DNA of 64,000 nucleotides from Phoronis australis (lineage: Eukaryota > Animalia > Phoronida), in assembly GCA_002633005.1 (NCBI GenBank), contig NMRA01000395.1, forward strand, positions 102,681 through 166,680, given 5' to 3'. Positions 11,949-25,100 of the stretch are shown here, piece by piece. Both the position numbers and the translations under genes were made by a program. Below the pieces are notes generated by a model. That model made no database searches and was not told the origin of the DNA. It worked only from the letters and a program-made list of their open reading frames with translations. Numbering within the stretch: the first letter of the stretch is position 1; every line of letters begins with the position of its first letter.

Positions 11949-12593
11949 TGTTACTGTGTCTGTGATATGGGTTGCCGACTCCAGTCATTTTCAGGCTTTT
12001 ACAAACCAAACGATCCATAAATACAAGGTAATTGAATTCTCAAACAACCTAGCTTGTCGTAGAATACTCGTCAATGGGAAGTGGTGACGACAATTTTAGG
12101 AAATCAGAACGAAACCAACAGTAGAACAGATACTCACAATAAACTCAAACACAGAAACAAAATGGCGGGATCTCTTAACCCCCTAAACGTCACTCCCGGA
12201 GTAGGAGACGACTAAGCAATAAAAGTTATGGGAAGCTATGTGTAACTGGAAAATATATCTGAGATAATTAAAGAAGCGTATATTTAATAAAATTACGCGA
12301 AAAGTTTGCTTTTCGTGTTTGGGATTTTATCTAGAAAAAATATTTACATGTATACTCAACTCTTAATAGTATAGTTTAAAATGAAAACCGTGTATACATA
12401 TTTTACAATTTCGGAACATTGCGGAAGTCACATTTCAATTTATTGGCATAGTTAGATCTGCATGCAATCACTCCCAAATGAGTGGGTATTGTTTGGTGGG
12501 AAAATCGTGTGTGCTTTGTGTCTGATATACATTTTTATATGTGTGACAGAAAAGTGTTTTAAAGGGACATCCTAGGTCTGAAAAGCTACTTCA

Positions 12594-12834
12594 CATGCGC
12601 GTACCCAGCTTTCAATATGGGAGGCTCGAGTTCCTGGCGTTGTAGAACTTTTGGTAACCGGAAAACGGGCGGACTGAAAAAAAAAGAAAAAAAAAACATG
12701 GTCACCATTGTGAATTGATCGTTTGTGCTTTGTTAGTTTGTCACATTTTCTCGGACTTTTTTTCTCGGAGGCGGACCTTTTTACCCACTTCGCCAAATGG
12801 GGGGGAGGTCGAGCTCCCCCTGGGTGCGCGCAGG
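12594..12834. mobile_element. hAT-like MITE with 5-bp TSD
   Basis: TIR CATGCGCGTACCCAG / CTGGGTGCGCGCAGG; TSD CTTCA on both sides. Inserted just inside a Kolobok-type end TTAA|AGGGACA at 12559-12569. Confidence 0.8.
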
Positions 12835-13144
12835 CTTCACAGAAATTAGAAGTAGCATGAATTGAAGTGAAGTAACTGCAGATGTGCATGTAGGTCCGTA
12901 TCAGCAGCCGAAGAATCTGCCAATAAGCCAAATTCCGCGCGTTAAATAGCTAAACATAATTGATGAAGTCATGGGTCTTTTGTTCAGTGAGCGTATGGCA
13001 GATAACGGCAAGAATGAGGCTTTAATTTCGACGCGGTGTCTCTGCTGTACTAGTGGTGATTGAATTTCGCATGCGTTGCTGTCAGCATGTAAGCAGCTAG
13101 TAAAAAGACGGAACTGTTATCAAATTACGTCATCGCGCTATGCC

Positions 13145-14362
13145 TTATTACTTGGCGAAATTTATTTCGCCAAGTACAGTCCATGTATGTTGGTCTTCCA
13201 TCAAGTTTGTTTTTTTGTTTGTTCGCACGATACAGGTCGCAATTTTCGTCCGATTATCACGAAATTTACACATAACACGTAGTTCCAAAAGTACTGGAAG
13301 CCTATTATTTTTCTTTATAATCGGATTCAAAATGGCGGATGTGGCGGCCATCTTGTTTTCATTTTAAGATTCAAAGGCTTCTGGAGGCTACAATTTTTTA
13401 CGTGAAGGTTTGAAACTCAGTACAATTAATGGACTACATGTGCACTACATGTGTACTGGAATTTGTTTACTTCCGTTTAAATATGACGGAAAAATTGGAA
13501 TTCGCGCATGCGCACTTCGATTTTTGGAAAAAACGTTTTCTCCTGCAGAGGGCGCAATATAGAGCCATTTTTTTAATTCTTGCAGTTATTAGTTTTTTAT
13601 GACTTGCTATTATACAAAGCCAAAAAACCGGAAGTTGCTTTCATGATGGCGGATCTGGCTCATGTTGACGTGCTAAGGTGCTACTAAAACGGGAGGAGAA
13701 AATGACGTGAATTTTTGCATGTAAATTCTCTAAGGTATTCTCCTTCAAATGAACTACATGTATACCAATTTTTTCTCAGACTTACCGTTTTCGAGATATT
13801 TGACTTTAAATTTCTTAAAAAACGCAAAAATTCAATTTTTTTGAAAAAATTACGGAATTGTGTGATACTATCAATTTAAATAGAGTTTTGAACGAGCTTT
13901 CAGAAGACGTTTTCCATTTTCTGCTAAGACGTCTACTTTTTGAGTTATTTGAGATTTTCTGATAACGCTGTTCCTTTTTTGAGCGCTCTTGCTGCATTGA
14001 TGTTGGTTTACCTTCTATTAAACTAGACTGTAGCCTATTTCTTATTGATTTATGACATCTAAGTTCGTCATATGAATGTTACGATGTTGCTCATCATCTC
14101 CACTTCCATCATCATATTTTTCATCTTCGTCTTCATCTCCGACGTCGTCTTTTCTTCAGTTAATTTCGCCAAGTGTCTCTTAGTGATTTCTGACATCTAC
14201 GTTCGTCATATGAATGATATCATAACTTGCATTGTCCATCATCGCCTCCATCGTCGTCATAGCTGTCATCTTCGTCATCATCTCTGTCGTCGTCTTTTGT
14301 GGTCATTTTTAACGTGATTTTTTTTGGTTCATTTCGCCAAGTGTCGCTCCTCGGAGCGCTTT
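13145..14362 (+). mobile_element. Non-autonomous Helentron-type element (HINE/DINE-like)
   Basis: 5' subTIR ACTTGGCGAAAT (13150) with adjacent inverted copy ATTTCGCCAAGT (13164) and a GTTT microsatellite. 3' subTIR ATTTCGCCAAGT (14331) followed by hairpin CGCTCC-TC-GGAGCG. T-rich ends. Confidence 0.75.
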
Positions 14363-14721
14363 CAATATTGCTATTTTCCCGTGTGCAAATCTTCTAAAGG
14401 TGGTCACAAATTCCCAAATAACCTAACGTTACTACAGGCGTGAAGAATTGCGGTCAAAAGGGTCAACCAAATGTTAAAAAGTGCGTGAATGACGAAGTAT
14501 CCCGCCCCGTGTCTGTGCTCTCTGCATCTCCATTGAGAGACCATATAATCACTTTACTTGGTAAGTTTTTAGCAATTAGTTTCTATCGCCATCGCCCAAT
14601 GATGTAATCTCCACCAGTTACCCCACTGGATAGCAAGTTTATTCAGTGGAACTAAGTGTTTCACTTCAGAAACTCACCCGGGACCCGCATGGTAGGCTAG
14701 CAGCACATATTCACATATTAA

Positions 14722-16368
14722 AGGAGCATGCCACCCAAAAAACAACCTAATTTGTATCAATTTAGATCGAGTAGTTCTACTCCATAACGACACGTACGGT
14801 TGCGTTACCTGACACCTGAAGGCAGACGGAGGTGTTGAAATTATCCAATGACGTCATCGGTTTCACACGCAGTCTGTTCAGCAGTTCACAACACGGGATA
14901 CTGATGTCAGCTTATCGCTTGAAGTCGACGTTTAACACCAATAAATCATCACACTTCGATGTAAAACCCTTGAAAATACACCGAGTTCTTATAGAAACGT
15001 GTTGTTTTATTTCGCTCTTACGGATTTATTGGTATTTGGACACACCGTAGCCTACAAAGTTCGGCAGGCCAATAAGGTCCGTAGCAGGAGTTTGGGGTCT
15101 GTTCGGAGATAATTTTCAAAGTATTTTACGTGAGATACAGACAGGAGAACTTAGATCTGTGTTGTTTAGACTTGTGATTTTTGAGATCTAAACACAAAAC
15201 GCTTGTTATCCTGGCCATTGGCTCGGAGCCCGATCAGGCCCGTCGCGGCCGGCCGGATTGACTATGCCGTTATCCCAGCCAGTGGCTCGGAAACTGATCA
15301 GACACCACGAACAAAAAACCAACCAAAGTTCCGTGGAAACTAAACTTCTAGTCAAAAAATACTATACTAGTGAGCGAAAGTAATGTGCACGGTGATTATG
15401 TTGGTGAATTAGCCACGAAATTGCAAATCTACTTACTCGTCCGGGCCGCGAATTCAGCCGTTCCGCTTTGGCCACAGCACTGTCAGGGCCGAAGTTGTAC
15501 ATTGACAATCATTATTTGAGTAATGTAAATGTAAATAAAGATTCCCCTAGCACGTGGCCGTGGGATGGAAATCGAGTTGTTTCACAACAGTTTCTGAGCT
15601 CCCACGGTCTTGGTGTCCCGTCAAATAATTTTATTGCACCTAAAGCCAGTAACGCATAGATTTATTCATTGCTGGCTTCTCAAATCATTTGCACTCACGA
15701 ATGCTCCAAAGTCATTACAAATTGCATCTAATGAGACAGACTTTGTTTGAGTTTTATAAGTATTTGTTAGGGTGAGAATAACTCAGTTGAACGCTCAGTT
15801 ATTAACATGGCAACTAGCAATCCAGACTTAGGATGAGCTAGAGCTCGATCAGTCCCGACTTCGCAGGTGGATCGTTAAGTTTTGCAGACTATCAATTCGA
15901 ACAGGAATACAGTGATGAAGAAATACTAGAGAGGCGCCGTGAACAAGCTCAGACAACGGAATGTGTGGAGTTATTTGGTAAGCCGGAATTCGTCAGGCAC
16001 TGTCGACGTCTGGAGGCCACAGACACGGAAATGTTTCACGGCCTCATACTTGCTATTTACAGCGTACATTTCATTCTTCACTACCATGAGCCACTTCCTA
16101 AGAATTTCGGACTCTCGAGGAAGTAAAATTAAACGATATACCCGCTTTCCTAGCAGCTGCTTAGTTCGGACCAGCGGGAACGATGCACCGCAACATAGCG
16201 GCATTCCTCTGCATATGAACCACTGACGTCGCTAGCGTCGTTTCTCACCTTCTTCACAGGTTAACGCGACACCTCTTGGCAAGGTAAGGTCGACCGTATG
16301 CGAGGCGATGTGGATATAGACCGATTAAGACCGCAAAAAAGACTAATAAAACCGGGTGGCATTCCCCT
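14722..16368. mobile_element. Kolobok deletion derivative
   Basis: TTAA TSDs (14718-14721, 16369-16372). TIR AGGAGCATGCCACCC / GGGTGGCATTCCCCT. KolX-like start (YQFEQEYSDEE, + ~15807-15960) convergent with a THAP remnant (MPLCCGA..LRKWL..FRVCG, - 16204-15990). Confidence 0.85.
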
Positions 16369-17569
16369 TTAACCTGACTGGGAGTGCTACTAATATACAT
16401 GTAGGAGGTGTATGGGACGTGCCGTTCAGAAATCAAGGGTGACTTTTTCACAGCAGTTACTCTTCAAAACTATGCTATGTGCAATAGAATTCTCTAGATG
16501 AGTGAGTTTCCTTACTTTATAGCAGATCCCACCCCCAGGACTATCAGATTAGTTACCGAATTAACATGAATGAGCTACTCAGTAAATTCGTATCATTGCA
16601 TTGAAGTAAATAATGACACCTAGAAAGAGTTTTATTGGTTGAAATCAGAAACACATTTAGGTTTCATAAAAATGTACATTCTGAAATCGCTTTTAGCCTG
16701 TTCATATATTTTGATTATGGACGCTGTTGCACAGGGAAAATTACAATTGTTTTAACAAATAATGCTGTTCGTTTGTATGTGAGTGGTTGTTCAGTTTGCC
16801 ATTTCGTTTTTAAATACACTAATTAGTGTTTATTCTCGAATTTTGTGCATACCAGAATGTTATCCAACTAGCTACGATTGAAAACATGCTTTGCTAGCAT
16901 ATGGAACTTTTGTTACAGACAAGTTAACACAAAACCTAAAACTGTTCAAAGGTTTTCTTAAGAAATCTCTGAAAATAGTTTCACTTTTAACAAATCAGAT
17001 GCAAAGGGAAAACTTCGTTTTGATCGCCTGACATTTCTATAGGTCGACAGGAAAATGACAATTCGCAAGCGTAATCGGTAATCACCTCAGCTTTATAAAG
17101 AAGCAGCACAACTGCCCTGTATGGGGCTTTAAAATTGAAGAAATATTGAGGTTTGAATAATTAGTGAAAACCTTGCTTATTGATGAAAAATTGTTTCGAT
17201 CATCAAAGGGTAAGATTAACGGACTTTTTACTGACAATAAGGCAATCGATGCAATCACTGAATGTCATTTTCGCATGATGCGTACCAAATTGAAAAGTTT
17301 TTACCATTAGTAGAAAAACTTTCTTCTGAAAGGAAATGTCACTCAGGGAGAAAAGACAGGTATTTATACCAGATGTTTTTGTTTTTCATTTTCGCTGGAA
17401 TCGAGTTTCAATGGCTAGTAAAAAAGGTACAGTTTCGGCACGTGGCGGCTTTCCTTCATGTACACTCATTCAGCCTCAGTAACGTCCAAAATTAGATCCT
17501 TGAAGGTAAACATAACATCATATCACTTGACTCGCTTTGTGCCCAAAATCTGACTCTGAACTAGACCAG

Positions 17570-19168
17570 GGCCCGGTCTCCAATCTCCGTACTCAGACTC
17601 GAATCATGCTCAAACTCACACTTCATACTCAACTCGAGTACAGACTCAGCTTTGGTGTATTCAATGTCATACTCGAAAAATCTGTACTCGAAATTTCGAG
17701 CACGTACTCAGTTTTCGAGTGTACTCGAACTGAAGTGTATCTCATCTATATTTCGAGTACGATTTTGAGTAAAAATTCGGAGTCTATGCTCAAATTTCAA
17801 GTTTGGTATGGCAGTGTGCTTGAAATCGTACTCGAAAATAAATACGANNNNNNNNNNNNNNNNNNNNNNNNNNNNNNNNNNNNNNNNNNNNNNNNNNNNN
17901 NNNNNNNNNNNNNNNNNNNNNNNNNNNNNNNNNNNNNNNNNNNNNNNNNNNNNNNNNNNNNNNNNNNNNNNNNNNNNNNNNNNNNNNNNNNNNNNNNNNN
18001 NNNNNNNNNNNNNNNNNNNNNNNNNNNNNNNNNNNNNNNNNNNNNNNNNNNNNNNNNNNNNNNNNNNNNNNNNNNNNNNNNNNNNNNNNNNNNNNNNNNN
18101 NNNNNNNNNNNNNNNNNNNNNNNNNNNNNNNNNNNNNNNNNNNNNNNNNNNNNNNNNNNNNNNNNNNNNNNNNNNNNNNNNNNNNNNNNNNNNNNNNNNN
18201 NNNNNNNNNNNNNNNNNNNNNNNNNNNNNNNNNNNNNNNNNNNNNNNNNNNNNNNNNNNNNNNNNNNNNNNNNNNNNNNNNNNNNNNNNNNNNNNNNNNN
18301 NNNNNNNNNNNNNNNNNNNNNNNNNNNNNNNNNNNNNNNNNNNNNNNNNNNNNNNNNNNNNNNNNNNNNNNNNNNNNNNNNNNNNNNNNNNNNNNNNNNN
18401 NNNNNNNNNNNNNNNNNNNNNNNNNNNNNNNNNNNNNNNNNNNNNNNNNNNNNNNNNNNNNNNNNNNNNNNNNNNNNNNNNNNNNNNNNNNNNNNNNNNN
18501 NNNNNNNNNNNNNNNNNNNNNNNNNNNNNNNNNNNNNNNNNNNNNNNNNNNNNNNNNNNNNNNNNNNNNNNNNNNNNNNNNNNNNNNNNNNNNNNNNNNN
18601 NNNNNNNNNNNNNNNNNNNNNNNNNNNNNNNNNNNNNNNNNNNNNNNNNNNNNNNNNNNNNNNNNNNNNNNNNNNNNNNNNNNNNNNNNNNNNNNNNNNN
18701 NNNNNNNNNNNNNNNNNNNNNNNNNNNNNNNNNNNNNNNNNNNNNNNNNTAATAAGGTGAAGAATAAGAAGATTTAAGATGAAAACTATTATCTCTGAAC
18801 TGAAATTGAAGTGCTGAGATACGGTAAGAGGACTTATTTTTTTAGATTTGCTGTGTTTCTTGGTTCCTTTTCGATATTTTGTTCTCTGGCTCGTATTTAT
18901 TTTCGAGTACGATTTCAAGCACACTGCCATACCAAACTTGAAATTTGAGCATAGAGTCCAAATTTTTACTCAAAATCGTACTCGAAATATAGATGAGATA
19001 CACTTCAGTTCGAGTACACTCGAAAACTGAGTACGTGCTCGAAATTTCGAGTACAGATTTTTCGAGTATGACATTGAATACACCAAAGCTGAGTCTGTAC
19101 TCGAGTTGAGTATGAAGTGTGAGTTTGAGCATGATTCGAGTCTGAGTACGGAGATTGGAGACCGGGCC
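17570..19168. mobile_element. PIF/Harbinger (Tourist-like) foldback MITE
   Basis: ≥275-bp TIRs GGCCCGGTCTCCAATCTCCGTACTC.. with internal TACTCG subrepeats. 3-bp TSD CAG. Centre is an N gap (17848-18749). Confidence 0.8.
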
Positions 19169-19179
19169 CAGACTGTTGG

Positions 19180-21078
19180 TCTTCTTTAGTTTCAGTCCCT
19201 CATGTTTCTTCCAGGAAAAGAAATACAGTGTAGGCCATTGTTGTCCACACATGACTCAATGGGCATCCTAAACAACAAGGCTGGCTAGTGTACAGTAGCA
19301 GTCAGATATACATGTATAATAGTCCCTCTTCACACACAAACAATCCATTGGCATACTTCCTTATGGTTATTTAGTACTTCGAATGACATTTCTCCTGGCC
19401 CACTGGCTTGTACATGTACATGTACGTTGTGCCATGCAGCACTGCTGGTGAGTGAACGACATGCTGTGCGAAGAGAAAGGAGTGACAAAGCTTGTCTATG
19501 TTGCGGCTTGAAGTGGCCTTTAAAATGTCACTGATCCTGGAACAAATATTGAAACATGAATAATTCAGTACGTCAATTTGGGTAAAAAATATGACAACTG
19601 CTTTACAATTTCGCACAAAATAAGGTAATTACTATTTCCAGAAGGCCATGGTGTATGATAATATAATAACTATTGATTCCTATAAAACTGCGTTATGTTT
19701 TTCATTCCTAGCAATAACAATTCTTTAAACGCACCGCTTGTCCGGTCTGCAAAATATGCAAGTTAGTTGAGACAACTTCAAACCTTGTTACCCAGTTTCA
19801 AGCCTTTTGATTTTTGATACTTTCAGCAAATTTAAACACCGATTACAGATTCATGGGTCTGTCATGCACACTTCTGGTCTAAGACTGAGGGAACCGTCTC
19901 TCAGATTTTTTATTTTTCTTACAATACAAGATATGAAGACTTGGGTCATTTAAAAAATGATGGATAACCTTTCCGTTGTTTAAGAGTAATTAAAAATCCT
20001 TAGGCACCATTATTTGCGTATTGATAATGAGAATAATATGTTCAAATAAGACCTCACTCGTATGTTCACAGCAAAAATGCAACGTTTCAAGGCATAATAC
20101 TGTTCAGTCATTGAGAATTCAGAAAATCCAATACGTTTTTATGAGTTTACAATGGATAGAAAAACAGTTTCTTGAAACTTGAAACAACTTCATGAAGGTT
20201 AAGAATTACCTCACCATGCTCTTTCCCTCGGACACTATTACCTGTTATTTTCACAAATTCAGTTACTACAAATTTTACAACCTCAACCCCCTATGCCAAC
20301 CTCCCGCTAAGGACCTGAATAAGAAAATCGACAAAACAAATTAATACCTTTCTTCAAAAATAGCTTTCCCTTTCCAAAGGCTTTGTCCTTTGTCTACGAT
20401 ATGCAAAGTAGGCTTTGACGAAAGATCTGCACTGGATAGGAAGATTTTGCTGGTTAGCTGCAGTCCACCTCTTAACACCAATTTTTGTCCATTCAGGGAC
20501 GGTTGCAGAAAGGATGCATATCTCCTCTGCACGGCACTATAGCCTACAAACCTGAAAGCCAGTGGTCAGGTGCAAACAGACATGATATATTTCCATGTCA
20601 ACGTGTAATAGATTTCCGGATGACATAGGATAGCGAGTAAACAAATGGTCTAATAGATATTTGTCACGTACCCTTTGGGCTTAGATTGCAGTCATACACG
20701 TACATGTACCTTATTAACCAACATCGAGTTGGCAACATAGACATTCAACATGGATTGGTATAACTGTCACTGATAAACTTGTTAGAAATCATTCCAACAT
20801 TAATAATACTGCGTTGATGTACGAAAAAATCCCGAGTGCTACGTCAAGTTTCGTAACGCATATCACAACAAACAATGATTAACCCGGCTGGCGACTGCCG
20901 CGAAGTCGATATCGGCCAGTACCAATTAGTTAACAGGCATTAGTATTGTAAGCATGAAATAATCGTTAAAATAATAACAAACCTTACCTTCTATAAGATC
21001 ATGCTTACTTCCTCTCGTAGAAGCACCCTTTTTACGCAATCTCAGATTCACTTGGCCCCGCAGAAATCCATTTCACCA
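19180..21078 (-). pseudogene. Possible decayed spliced transposon accessory gene (SAP domain, SWIM-like)
   Basis: LRKKGASTRGSKHDLIE (SAP-like) before a GT donor near 20987. Further GT-AG-bounded pieces at ~20346-20550 and ~20209-20313. TVFLFLEE near 19220. Many stops. Confidence 0.35.
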
Positions 21079-22133
21079 TGTATTGAAGGGCTCGCGAAAT
21101 CGATGCTGCTTAATCCATCACTACTAGTACACGCACGCCCTCTAGTAATGTAACGATTGTCGAATAGCCCCATTGGTGATCTGTAATAATATCACAAAAA
21201 CACAACAGATTTCATTGTTTTATAATTTAATCAAAGATATTATCTTCAAAAGATGTATTCGTCCAAAAGTTGACAAAGATGCGTTTTTTTTCAGCCGTAA
21301 AAAGGTAGACAACTTCAGTTAAGGTTTAACTCAAACACGAACGTGTGAGGTCCGGTCAGCATTTATTTCTTTGCTTACTTAGTAAGAGTTTTGACCTACA
21401 TTTTCTTGCTCATTTCTTGTCACACGGACGACAACAACGCGAAAAAATCTCGCGTAAGTGTACATATACTGTGTGAGGTTAAGTGCCGATTTATCGCAAA
21501 AGATCGTTAAATTTGTGCAACTTTTTGATGTTGTAGAAAGTTTTATCAGAAAGGAGACTTTGTTGTGTCACGTGGTTGCATGTTTGACTTATGACCTTGT
21601 TCTGCGGCCATTGTCGAGTTGCTGATTTTTTTCAGAAAAGCCACCGTTATACCGGGATACCGGGTAAATTAATTGCTTTTACCTGACGTCGCTTATTTCT
21701 CGCACCCGTACCCCTGTTTTTGGCATTGTGACTTCTGGTGGCTTGCACGTTCGCGTACGCGTTTAACGTGTAGTCAAAGATCTCTGACAATGTGCTTTTA
21801 ATTATCTCTGCCACACCATTACCATTGAGTAACACGGGCACAAAATAAAGGCATCGAAACTGACGGGAAAGAGAGAAAATACCCGGCGGAATACAACCTG
21901 GCAGCGTACATTCACAAACCACACACCAACAGACACACATGTACACTATAGTCCCGTCCACGCACTGTCTACCCTAAAACAACTTGCATTTGTGCAACTT
22001 GCACCCCTTTTAAGTGCATTGTCCACATACACACGAATAACTGAATGTAAGACGGAAGTTATCGCAGTGTGCGTGACAATGAACCGTTAATGAGATTATC
22101 GCACGCAAGCACGAAACGCCAAAGGGTTCTTAA

Positions 22134-25100
22134 AGCCCACCCCGGCCAACCCGCGTTCGAGAACGCCCGGAAGGCGATCGAGAAGAAATTTGGCGCGAAA
22201 ATAGAAGCCAGGCAAGGTGAGTAAATTTGATAAATTTCCGTTGTCCTTACTTCCAATGTGAAAAGAGAGACATGAGTGCAAGTCGTAACTCATTGAGGCA
22301 TTTTGGCAAATTACAGTTATTTTTGACACTAAATCAATAAATGGACCATGAAGTTATGAAGAAATGACTTGTGAAAATATAACGCAACGCTTGTTGTTTA
22401 TAGTTTCATCAAGATCTCTCTTTTGTGTTGAAAGATGCGATCGAGGACGCAAATTTGTGTTTGCTTATGCGATCGGGAACGCATCGTGTTGTTTCGAACA
22501 ATAATGAACTTTTTACCTGTGAAACGTGGAAAAATTTAAAATATAACTGTGGTATAATGAATTAATCACATTTTGCTTCATTACCGTGTTACTTTCGTAT
22601 GAAAACTAAACAATATCATAGCATATTACCAGGAAATCGTCATGAGCACTACATGTACATCAAGCATATTATTTTAGTAATAGATGTTTTCACAAATGAA
22701 TGTACTTTCATTCCAGGAAACAATTAAGTTCGCTGTTATTGTGAGGCGAGCTTCAACAAACGTGTTAAAAAGAGGTGCAGGTGGCCTGATGCCTTTTGAG
22801 GTACATCAGGCGTGTTTTATCCACAAGGCCGGGTCCATTACACTAATCACCTACATGTACTTATGACTCATGGGAACATGACACCACCGGATTCCTCATG
22901 GGTGAAATCTTCTAATCTGCCTGTTTGTTTCAGAAATACAGAAAGACTATTAAACCTTTTTGAACTATCAATGTTAACCAGGCAGGTTACGTGTCCATCA
23001 AGTAGTAGATTACGGTGTCCATTGTAGGCAGGGCAAAACTCAACCAGATGATGAGGAGTCTCGGCCTCCAAGCCACAGTTGGGACACAATGAACATACCA
23101 TGTGGCCTGTGATGTTACGGTGCCGAGCTAAGTTGCAGTGTCCAATAATAACCTGGATCCGCTGCCTTATAGCAAGACTATCTAAACATAACAGTTTCTT
23201 TGAACCTTTTGGTTCAATAGGACTTGGAAAAAGTTGTTTGATTTGTCTGCCGGCAGAGAGCTTTCTCCATGCATCCACAGACTGTTTGCGCAGCCAGTGC
23301 CTTACCTTTGCTCCACAGCACCCATAGGCAACTGGTATGCAAGGTTCTTGTACAAAATAGGGTGTACTTGTTCCTTTTTTGCAAGTTTGTCAGCTGCTTC
23401 GTTACTGTCAATTCCAACATGGGCTTCATCCGAGTTCACATGAACAGTTCTGCTGGCTGATAGGTGGTTAATTTCGTTTATACGGGCCAGGACCCAATGG
23501 GAGTTGATCTTGAACTTAGAGCTTTAATAGCTGCTTGATTGTCTGAGAGTATGAAGAGTTCCTTGTTACCAAGGACTGTTTCATGCTTCCTTGCCAGTTG
23601 GGCAGCCTGGTGAATGGCGACAATTTCACCCCAAAAGACTGTAACGGTGTTATACCCAGTGATATCCATCTTTCTTTGTCGACACCTGCAAGGTCTGGAA
23701 AGTAAATTCCTGATCCTGACTATCCGTTGTCAAGTTTAGAGCCATCAGTGTATCAAACGGACTGTTGGTCATTGTAATCAATGATTTCAAGACCACCTCC
23801 GATTTCTGTATAGAAATTGTGTCTGTGATTTAGGGTCGTCTCGAAAACTTCACTTGGCATTGCCAAAAGTGTTCCAGTTTCTGACATTAACCTGTTGCAT
23901 ACATTAACATGTCTCTTATGGGCAACAGTATCCCTGATTCGCGCATTTCTCCAATGCCCATTACACCTCATACGGTAAGCTGAAAGCACACCTTCACGGC
24001 TGAGGTAAATATGCAGGGGTGACAAGCCAATAAACATATCCATGGCAGCTTACCAGGGTTTTGAAATACAAACATCTACTTTTAGACGGAACCGCTGAGA
24101 ACAAGGTGTTCTAAACTGAAGACTCACAAAGTTGTTCCATATGTGGCGTGTCGGCCAGGGATGATAATGAGCTTGCCCATGGGGATAGAGAGGAGTGCGG
24201 CAACACTATTCACGAGATGATTCAAAGATTCCCATCCAGGAACGTCTGGGATCTAAAAATTGACCAGAAGATGGGTAAACTGATGTGCTGATAAAACGGG
24301 TGAGATTTCACTTAATGTTTTACTGATACCATCAATACTGAGATGAAGAGATTGACTTTTGGCACCCGTGTGGCTTCAATGTACGTTGTGTTTGACTCTT
24401 CTGTTTTCTAGTCTTGGTCTAAGTTCATCGTGCATTTTAAGTTCACGATCTATAGTTTAATGTGGATTGAAAAAGAATGAGACAGCTATAATATAGGCAA
24501 TACATGTATCTTGTGATTTTCTCAAAACAGTCAACATGTTGTTTTTAACGTCACTTCAACTACACACTGTAGTGATTTACACCGGAAGCCAACAGCAATA
24601 CTATAGCATTTCCATTATAATACTAATCTTTTATCAAACAAACCTTAAACTTGGTCATACAAAGTATATAAAATATTGTTTTAGGGAAATCAATATTACA
24701 AATCCATTGAAAAATTCCTACCAGTTACTTTTGGAATATATTAGACTAAATCATCACTGAATCATAGACGATGTATTTCAGGCTGACTGATAGTATAATA
24801 GTCACTCACCGGAAATCAACAACAATATGAAAACAATTTCTACAATAATCACAGGCATATAATTTCTTTCTTTAAAGTACTAATTGGTCAGAACAATTGT
24901 ATGTAAGTATTACCTAATTACAATTACCATGGCTTTTTTAAATCTACCTAAACACTACAAAACTGCACTGGTTCTGTTAAAGATCCTGCTGAAATAACAC
25001 AAATATAGAATGGAACTTGAAGAAAAAAGGTTCAAAACAAAACGTCAAAATACTATCACATCAGACAACTACCAACATAAACTGTAAATCCGAAAAAAAC

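Larger units (their letters stand above)
1754..12310 (+). mobile_element. Kolobok-like element, internally deleted, hosting nested hAT and Academ insertions
   Basis: ~150-bp subterminal inverted repeats (~1925-2075 vs ~12148-12310, core GGAGTGACGTTTAGGGGG..CCCGCCATTTTGTTTCTGTGT). Left end (A)TAA|AGGACAG. Convergent THAP-transposase and KolX remnants inside. Exact right terminus not resolved. Confidence 0.65.

Noticed and set aside
17537-18930. Long ORFs of 314-407 aa in the track
   Set aside because: Almost entirely X residues from the N gap, flanked by MITE arms.
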